A program made the translations under genes and the position numbers. Shown here piece by piece: positions 58,257-64,000 of a DNA stretch of 64,000 bases (position 1 is its first letter; the number at the start of each line of letters is the position of its first letter). The notes under the pieces are model-generated. The model worked only from the letters and a program-made list of their open reading frames with translations. It was not told where the DNA came from and ran no database searches. The DNA lies in NCBI GenBank assembly GCA_963678765.2, contig CAXXVM010000001.1, positions 179,165 to 243,164 on the forward strand. The letters run 5' to 3'. This stretch comes from Sphaerochaetaceae bacterium. Its GTDB lineage: Bacteria > Spirochaetota > Spirochaetia > Sphaerochaetales > Sphaerochaetaceae.

Positions 58257-59263
58257 TAAAAAGTAAAAGTGCTAAAACTATAAAAGCTATAGTAATAATT
58301 CTTGCACTTAGTTTATTATTATTAATAATCCTTGCTTCTCTATTAAGTAATCAACCACTTGAAACACTTAAGGCAATATTTATAGGACCTTTTTCAAATC
58401 TCTATTTTTTTGGAAATACAATTAATTCTATGATTCCTCTAGTATTTGGAGGCCTTGGAATATTAGTTGCGCTTAGATGTGGTTTGATGAATTTAGGTGG
58501 TGAGGGTCAAATTTATGCAGGGGCTCTTGCAACTACACTTGTTGCTATAAAATTCTCATCTCTTGGATATTTTTCAATAGTTATAGCACTAATAGCAGGT
58601 TTTATAATATCAGCCCTTATTGCAGGGCTTAGTGGAGTATTTAAAATAAAGTGGAATACCTCAGAGATGATAACAACCTATTTAGCATCTGCTGTTGTAA
58701 TTTATTTTACTAATTATTTAATTTCCTCTCCTTTTAAAGATCCTCAAACTAATTTGATTTCAACAAGAAAAATTAGCTATATGCTACACCCAATATTAAA
58801 TCCATCTCAGTTAACGACAGGTATTTTTTATGCTGTAATAACTGTAATAATAATTCACTACTATTTAAATCATTCTAGAAAAGGTTATGAAAATAGACTT
58901 GTGGGATATAATAAAGAGTTTGCTAGATATGGTGGTATATCAATAAACAAAACGTACCTACTCTCTATGTTAATAAGTGGCGGTCTACATGGTCTTGCCG
59001 GTGGATTTGCAATCGTTGGAACCTATGGTTCGGCTATAAAGAGTTTTTCAGGAGGAATGGGTTGGAATTCAATTGCGATATCACTTATTGCATTAAATAA
59101 TCCACTAGCCATAATTCCTGCTGCATTCTTTTTTGCCTGGTTAAATCAAGGAACTCTAATTGCTATGCAAAGTACTAATATAACAAGTGATATTACCTTG
59201 ATAGTTCAATCAAGTATTTTATTCTTAACCACAAGTGTTGTATTATTAGGAGATAGAAAATAA
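58253..59263 (+). CDS. ABC transporter permease (BPD type 2)
   Basis: 336 aa, multi-TM. Overlapping start/stop with its neighbours. Confidence 0.8.
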   Translation: MIKSKSAKTIKAIVIILALSLLLLIILASLLSNQPLETLKAIFIGPFSNLYFFGNTINSMIPLVFGGLGILVALRCGLMNLGGEGQIYAGALATTLVAIKFSSLGYFSIVIALIAGFIISALIAGLSGVFKIKWNTSEMITTYLASAVVIYFTNYLISSPFKDPQTNLISTRKISYMLHPILNPSQLTTGIFYAVITVIIIHYYLNHSRKGYENRLVGYNKEFARYGGISINKTYLLSMLISGGLHGLAGGFAIVGTYGSAIKSFSGGMGWNSIAISLIALNNPLAIIPAAFFFAWLNQGTLIAMQSTNITSDITLIVQSSILFLTTSVVLLGDRK

Positions 59264-60123
59264 TGAATAGTATAATTAATAATATCCTAAGTGTTTTAAC
59301 TCCCATCTTACTAATTGCAACAGGAGCCCTTATAACAGATAAGGCAGGATCTCTTAATATCGCATTAGAAGGATTAGTTACAATAAGTGCCTTATTTGCT
59401 ATTATAGGTGCCTCTATATCACACTCAATTATAATTGGTACTATCATTGGTGTAATTTCATCAATTGTACTGTCCTTTATCTTATCAACATTAACAAGTA
59501 AACTAAAGGCAAATATATTTATAACAGGATTGGCAACAAATCTGCTTGCAACTGGAATCTGTTCAATTATTACATTCTCAATATATGGAACAAGAGGTCT
59601 TGTTACATTTAAGGATTTGGCACAACTCCATAAAATTAGTATCTTCAATATTGATATATCAGTCTTTTTCATACTTGCATTAGTTTTGCTATTTGCAACT
59701 CATATTATGTTGTATGATACATCTCTAGGACTTAGAATTAGAGCATGTGGAGAGGATCCACACTCTCTAAAGAGTTATGGAATATCAAGAACTAGAATTA
59801 AATTAATAGCCTTTTTATTATCAGGATTTTTCTGTGGACTAGCTGGCTCTTATCTTACATTAAATTTATCTTCCTATGTTCCCGGCATAAGTGCTGGAAA
59901 AGGTTGGATAGGCTTAGTTGTAGTATATCTTGCAGGCTCTTCAATTAAATTTCTGTTTCCAGCAGCTCTTGCTTTTGCTATAGCAGAAGCCTTGTCTGTT
60001 TATTTCCAAGGTGTTACTAATCTACCACCAGATATAGTACTTGCTATTCCAAGTCTATTTACATTAATTGTTATGGTTATAGTTTCAATAATTATCCATA
60101 ATAAAAATCTTATAAAGAGGTAG
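59263..60123 (+). CDS. ABC transporter permease (BPD type 2)
   Basis: 286 aa, multi-TM. Second permease of the operon. Confidence 0.8.
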   Translation: MNSIINNILSVLTPILLIATGALITDKAGSLNIALEGLVTISALFAIIGASISHSIIIGTIIGVISSIVLSFILSTLTSKLKANIFITGLATNLLATGICSIITFSIYGTRGLVTFKDLAQLHKISIFNIDISVFFILALVLLFATHIMLYDTSLGLRIRACGEDPHSLKSYGISRTRIKLIAFLLSGFFCGLAGSYLTLNLSSYVPGISAGKGWIGLVVVYLAGSSIKFLFPAALAFAIAEALSVYFQGVTNLPPDIVLAIPSLFTLIVMVIVSIIIHNKNLIKR

Positions 60124-60126
60124 TCT

Positions 60127-61554
60127 ATGATACTATCATATGATATTGGTACAACCACATTAAAAATTGCACTTATTGATGAAGAAGGTAATTTTTATAA
60201 CTATAAAGTTCAAAAATTATTAACAAATATAAATGGTAATAAAGCAGAGTGTAATAGCGGAGATTATTTAACATTTCTATCGCTCTACCTAAAAGAAATT
60301 GATACAAGTTTAATTGAAGCTATTTCAATTAGTGGCAATGGCCCAAGTATTGTTTCAATCTTAGGAAAACCAGAGATTAAAGATTCACTAATTAAAGTTA
60401 AAGCATATCCCACTAGAACATGGCTTGATCGACGTGGAGAGAGTAAATCATCAATTGTAAGTGAATATCAAGGCTCCTTTATAGATGGTTCTTTCCTTAT
60501 ACCCTCCATACTTGCTATGAGAGAGGATGATAATGCCATGTTTGAAAATGCAAAATGTTTCTTATCGACAGATGGCTTTATAAACTATGCATTAACAGGC
60601 GTTGAGGCTAATGTAAATACACCAAATGGTCTTTTGAAGTATTACTATGATGATAAATTATTAGAACACTTTGATCTTCCAAAATCTAAATTCCCACCAA
60701 TAATAGATTCAGGTATAGTACTATCTAGTATCAGTGATGAAATAGCTGAGGCATTTAATATAAAGAAAAATACTCCCGTAATCACCGGAGGAATCGATTT
60801 TTATGTAAATATTCTTGGATCACGAGTCAATAAAGTTGGTGTAATTTGTGACAGAACTGGTACTAGCGAAGGTATTAATCTATGCTGTGATAAACCAATT
60901 GATATCAAGGGAATGTTGATCTATGAACACCCGATTAATGAGTACTGGAATATATCAGGAATTATATCAACAACAGGTGCTGCAATTGACTGGGCTAGAG
61001 ATATACTGAATATGAATGGTCAAAGTTACAATGATTTTTACAAATTAGCCTCATCTGCTAAAGATGATTCTGATTTATTATTCCTTCCTTACCTAAATGG
61101 TGAAAGAGCTCCTATTTGGAATTCAAAGGCAAAGGGCGTAATATTTGGAATGGGTCTTGAAACAAGTAGAGCAGAAATAGCTGATGCAGTTGTTAAGGGT
61201 ACATGTCTTGCAATCAAAGATGTAATCAAGACTATGGAACAGAATGGAGCAGTTATTGATGAAATTAATGCAGCAAACTCTCACTCCTTAAACAATTATT
61301 TTCTACAATTAAAATCCGATATTACTGGGAAAAAAATCAATATAATTGAATGTAAATCTCCTGAATTATTAGGACTTGCCATGATGTCTTACACCAAACT
61401 TGGAAAATATAGTAGTTTAATTGATGCTTCAAATACAATGAGCAAAGTTAGTAGAACTTATCAACCAAATACATCAAATTTTGAAAAATATGAGAAAATG
61501 TATAGTAGATATAAAGAATTATATAATGTCTTAAAAAATGAATTTAATAGCTAG
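60127..61554 (+). CDS. FGGY-family carbohydrate kinase
   Basis: N-terminal ILSYDIGTTTLK phosphate-1 motif. About 475 aa with a two-domain actin-fold layout. Lies 3 nt after the permease gene. Confidence 0.75.
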   Translation: MILSYDIGTTTLKIALIDEEGNFYNYKVQKLLTNINGNKAECNSGDYLTFLSLYLKEIDTSLIEAISISGNGPSIVSILGKPEIKDSLIKVKAYPTRTWLDRRGESKSSIVSEYQGSFIDGSFLIPSILAMREDDNAMFENAKCFLSTDGFINYALTGVEANVNTPNGLLKYYYDDKLLEHFDLPKSKFPPIIDSGIVLSSISDEIAEAFNIKKNTPVITGGIDFYVNILGSRVNKVGVICDRTGTSEGINLCCDKPIDIKGMLIYEHPINEYWNISGIISTTGAAIDWARDILNMNGQSYNDFYKLASSAKDDSDLLFLPYLNGERAPIWNSKAKGVIFGMGLETSRAEIADAVVKGTCLAIKDVIKTMEQNGAVIDEINAANSHSLNNYFLQLKSDITGKKINIIECKSPELLGLAMMSYTKLGKYSSLIDASNTMSKVSRTYQPNTSNFEKYEKMYSRYKELYNVLKNEFNS

Positions 61555-61631
61555 CACTTTATTATTATTAGAATCTATATTATTATTAAGTTCTGAGCAG
61601 GGTAAACTTTGGTCAGAGGAGCAGCAAAGTC

Positions 61632-63524
61632 GTGAATTACCAACTTTCATATAGTTTAGCCGGATTTGTATTTTTACTAATTCTTACGGTTTATTTTTTA
61701 TATCGCCCGATTTTCCCAAATCCCTCTAATAGAAGATTTCGATTAATATTAATTGTGTCTTTAATTTCAGTTGGTATGGACCTCTTAACAGCTCACACGA
61801 TAAATCACTCAGAACAGATTTCAACTAGTTTAAATTATCTATTTAATATCATTTACTTTAGTTCACTTTGGCTATTACCTGTGATTTTTTTGCAATATAT
61901 ATTTATTCTTACTAAAAAACCAAAATATAGATCAAGTAAACTAAACCTTGCTCTAGTTGCATCCTATGTAATCCAGGTAGCGGCAATAGTAAGTACTCCC
62001 TTAACTAAATTTATTATCTATTTTGATTCATCAAATGTTTATCATCATGGTTCACTCTATACAATTTTTGTTGGCTATAATATTGCACTATTACTTTTAT
62101 CTGCTATCTTTGTAATTACAAATGGCAATGAAATGCCTAAAGAACAAAGAATAATAGTAATTACCTATGTCTTTTTATTACTTGGTGCAAACCTAGTTCA
62201 AACGCTAAACCCTGAAGTATTACTTAGTGGATTTGCTCTAGCGGCAGCATCCTTCTTAATGTTCTTTACATTACAAAACCCAGCATCATATTATGATTCT
62301 TTAACAAATAACTATTCACGAACTACTCTTCATGAATATATAGAGATGCTTGTTAGTCAAAATGTACACTTCCAATTTATTATTGTTGATATCAAAGGTA
62401 CAACGGCAATAAACAAAACTCTAGGTGAAGAGATAGGAACTGATATAATTTCTATTGTTGGTAAAAAAGTCCTAGCATCTAGTGGCCTAAATCTATCATT
62501 TAGAATGGATGGGGATCAATTTATTATTATAACTCAAACAATAAAGGAGAGAGATCTCACAATTGAAGTTCTTAAAAAACAGTTCCCATTTAAATATCAC
62601 TACAGTGATTATTACTTTGATGTTAATGTTCATCTAAACTATACAGATACAATTTATGACTTTGAAGATCAAAATGAAGCAACTGAAATTATTAAAGAAT
62701 GTACACTTGTTTCAAAGACAAGTAGCCTATCCCTTATTAATAAAGGTTCACTTGATGCAATTAAAAAGAATAGAAAAATTGAGAAGGCTCTTAGAAATTG
62801 TATAGAAAACCAAGACATCCTCATATATTTACAACCAATCTTTTCATCAAAGACAAAAAAGTGTGTTAAAGCAGAGGCTCTAATACGTTTATACGATTGT
62901 GAATTAGGCATCATAATGCCTGATGAATTTATTCAATTAGCAGAAAGTAATGGTAGTATTACAAAACTTGCTCCACTAATTATTGAGAAAGTTTGTAAAT
63001 TCTTAAGTAGCACAAAACTACCTAAGAGTTTTAAAAACATATCTATAAATCTATCAGTAATTGATTGCATGAATCCAAATCTTGATACTTTAATTTTAGA
63101 CATACTTAAAAAGTACAATATTAAAAATAATCAGATTTCTTTTGAAATAACAGAAACTGTAGCATCTCTTGTACCCGCACTAGAGAAGAACATGTTCATA
63201 CTAAGAAAAGAAGGTATTGCATTTGCTCTTGATGATTTTGGTTCGGGTTTTGCAAATATTGATACAGTTGTTAAATTACCATTTGATATTATTAAAATTG
63301 ATCGTCAATTGTTATTATTAATGGATGATCCTAAATATAATATTTTATTAAAAAGTCTAATAGAAATATTCTTAGCACTTGATTTAGAAATTGTTGTTGA
63401 AGGAATTGAGAATAATAAACAATCAAAGTTTGTAGAAGATATTGGTGCAACTTACCAACAAGGTTATCTATATGCACCACCACTTTCGATGGAAGATTTT
63501 ACTGATTTAATTAAAGAAGACTAA
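61632..63524 (+). CDS. membrane sensor with degenerate GGDEF domain and EAL domain (c-di-GMP phosphodiesterase candidate)
   Basis: About 6-7 N-terminal TM segments. GGDEF site replaced by MDGDQF. EAL motifs EALIRL, DDFGSGF, KIDRQL, EGIEN, QGYLY. GTG start after GAGGAG. Confidence 0.8.
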   Translation: MNYQLSYSLAGFVFLLILTVYFLYRPIFPNPSNRRFRLILIVSLISVGMDLLTAHTINHSEQISTSLNYLFNIIYFSSLWLLPVIFLQYIFILTKKPKYRSSKLNLALVASYVIQVAAIVSTPLTKFIIYFDSSNVYHHGSLYTIFVGYNIALLLLSAIFVITNGNEMPKEQRIIVITYVFLLLGANLVQTLNPEVLLSGFALAAASFLMFFTLQNPASYYDSLTNNYSRTTLHEYIEMLVSQNVHFQFIIVDIKGTTAINKTLGEEIGTDIISIVGKKVLASSGLNLSFRMDGDQFIIITQTIKERDLTIEVLKKQFPFKYHYSDYYFDVNVHLNYTDTIYDFEDQNEATEIIKECTLVSKTSSLSLINKGSLDAIKKNRKIEKALRNCIENQDILIYLQPIFSSKTKKCVKAEALIRLYDCELGIIMPDEFIQLAESNGSITKLAPLIIEKVCKFLSSTKLPKSFKNISINLSVIDCMNPNLDTLILDILKKYNIKNNQISFEITETVASLVPALEKNMFILRKEGIAFALDDFGSGFANIDTVVKLPFDIIKIDRQLLLLMDDPKYNILLKSLIEIFLALDLEIVVEGIENNKQSKFVEDIGATYQQGYLYAPPLSMEDFTDLIKED

Positions 63525-63586
63525 TACAAAGTTTAAGTAAATAACAACACTCAAATTGTTATTTACTTATTTTGTACCTAATTTAA

Positions 63587-63982
63587 TTAAGCTAATTTCT
63601 TTTCACTGATCATATTAAAAGCTATTTCAACAGCTTCTTCCATTGCAGTAGTACAAGGAACTAAAGGTTCAATAATTTCTTTATCCTCACCCTTAATTTC
63701 AAAGCAATAATAGGAACCAGTTTTTTCTTTAAATTTTTCTAAGAACTCAGAACTTAATTTGTAAGTTTCACTCTTTGTAGGAACTTCAATACTTCCTGAT
63801 GATGCTAAATATGATATTATAAATAAAGCACCAACTGCTGCACCACAGTTACCAAAATGATTTCCCATTCCACCGCCAAAAGCCTCTGTTAGTGAATAGA
63901 TATCTTTTTTATCAATTTCTACGTAATCAGATAGAGCAAGCGCTGTAGATTGAGCACAGTTTATCCCTTTATCATGATACAT
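63587..63982 (-). CDS. C_GCAxxG_C_C-family redox-active protein
   Basis: 131 aa with NCAQS, GNCGAAVGA and two further spaced Cys (YYCFE, VPCTT), matching the family signature. Confidence 0.7.
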   Translation of the reverse strand: MYHDKGINCAQSTALALSDYVEIDKKDIYSLTEAFGGGMGNHFGNCGAAVGALFIISYLASSGSIEVPTKSETYKLSSEFLEKFKEKTGSYYCFEIKGEDKEIIEPLVPCTTAMEEAVEIAFNMISEKKLA

Positions 63983-64000
63983 GATAACATCTTTTTTTAA

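Noticed and set aside
59528-59548. Sigma-54-like motif TGGCAA-CAAAT-CTGCT (GG-N10-GC).
   Set aside because: It lies inside the ABC permease coding sequence, about 600 bp from the next start codon. It is most likely a chance match.

Overview
AT-rich (about 30% G+C by eye), coding-dense bacterial chromosomal segment. I call about 50 protein genes, two identical tRNA-Asp genes and two frameshifted genes. I saw no rRNA, CRISPR array, transposase, integrase or phage genes. All calls come from reading the supplied translations and the DNA by eye and matching motifs from memory; no searches were run.

The host looks diderm, because the window has a TolC-like factor, an outer-membrane beta-barrel candidate and many lipoproteins. 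Several traits are reminiscent of spirochaetes: F/S-S-C type lipoboxes, a BMP/PnrA-type and a TroA/ZnuA-type binding protein, a sigma-54 enhancer-binding protein and Pmp-like beta-helix repeats. Taxonomy cannot be proven from this window.

Main blocks:
- 0.6-3.5 kb: RumA-type rRNA methyltransferase and PepF.
- 3.6-12.2 kb: one minus-strand operon of TolC-like, HlyD-like, MacB-type ATPase and permease, sensor kinase and NtrC-type regulator.
- 13.3-16.7 kb: hslO and rlmL.
- 16.8-19.1 kb: a decay patch with a doubly frameshifted ldhA and a split fic-like gene.
- 19.2-26.3 kb: envelope proteins, including a Met/Asp/Glu-repeat beta-barrel protein and a Pmp-like beta-helix lipoprotein.
- 26.4-26.9 kb: tandem tRNA-Asp cassettes.
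- 27.4-41.1 kb: asd, U32 peptidase, pckG, gpmA, uracil permease, RNase D, panE and a Mop-type molybdenum aldehyde oxidoreductase.
- 41.7-46.1 kb: MFS, DUF3842, and a Tro/Znu-type metal ABC importer.
- 46.5-52.0 kb: dCMP deaminase operon and oadGAB.
- 52.5-64 kb: Mrp/NBP35, NUDIX, SIMPL, BMP-type ABC importer plus FGGY kinase, and a degenerate-GGDEF/EAL membrane protein.

I found no clear-cut novel multi-gene system such as a defence island. The most unusual items are:
- the metal importer, whose ATPase carries an N-terminal DUF1893/TM1506-like domain and is preceded by a promoter, a palindrome and an intrinsic terminator that abuts the start codon;
- the efflux adaptor, with a roughly 490-aa cytoplasmic Glu/Ala/Lys-repeat extension, in an operon hard-wired to a sigma-54 two-component system;
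- the Met-rich repeat outer-membrane protein;
- two G+C-enriched, apparently structured intergenic RNAs (41.1 kb and 46.3 kb).
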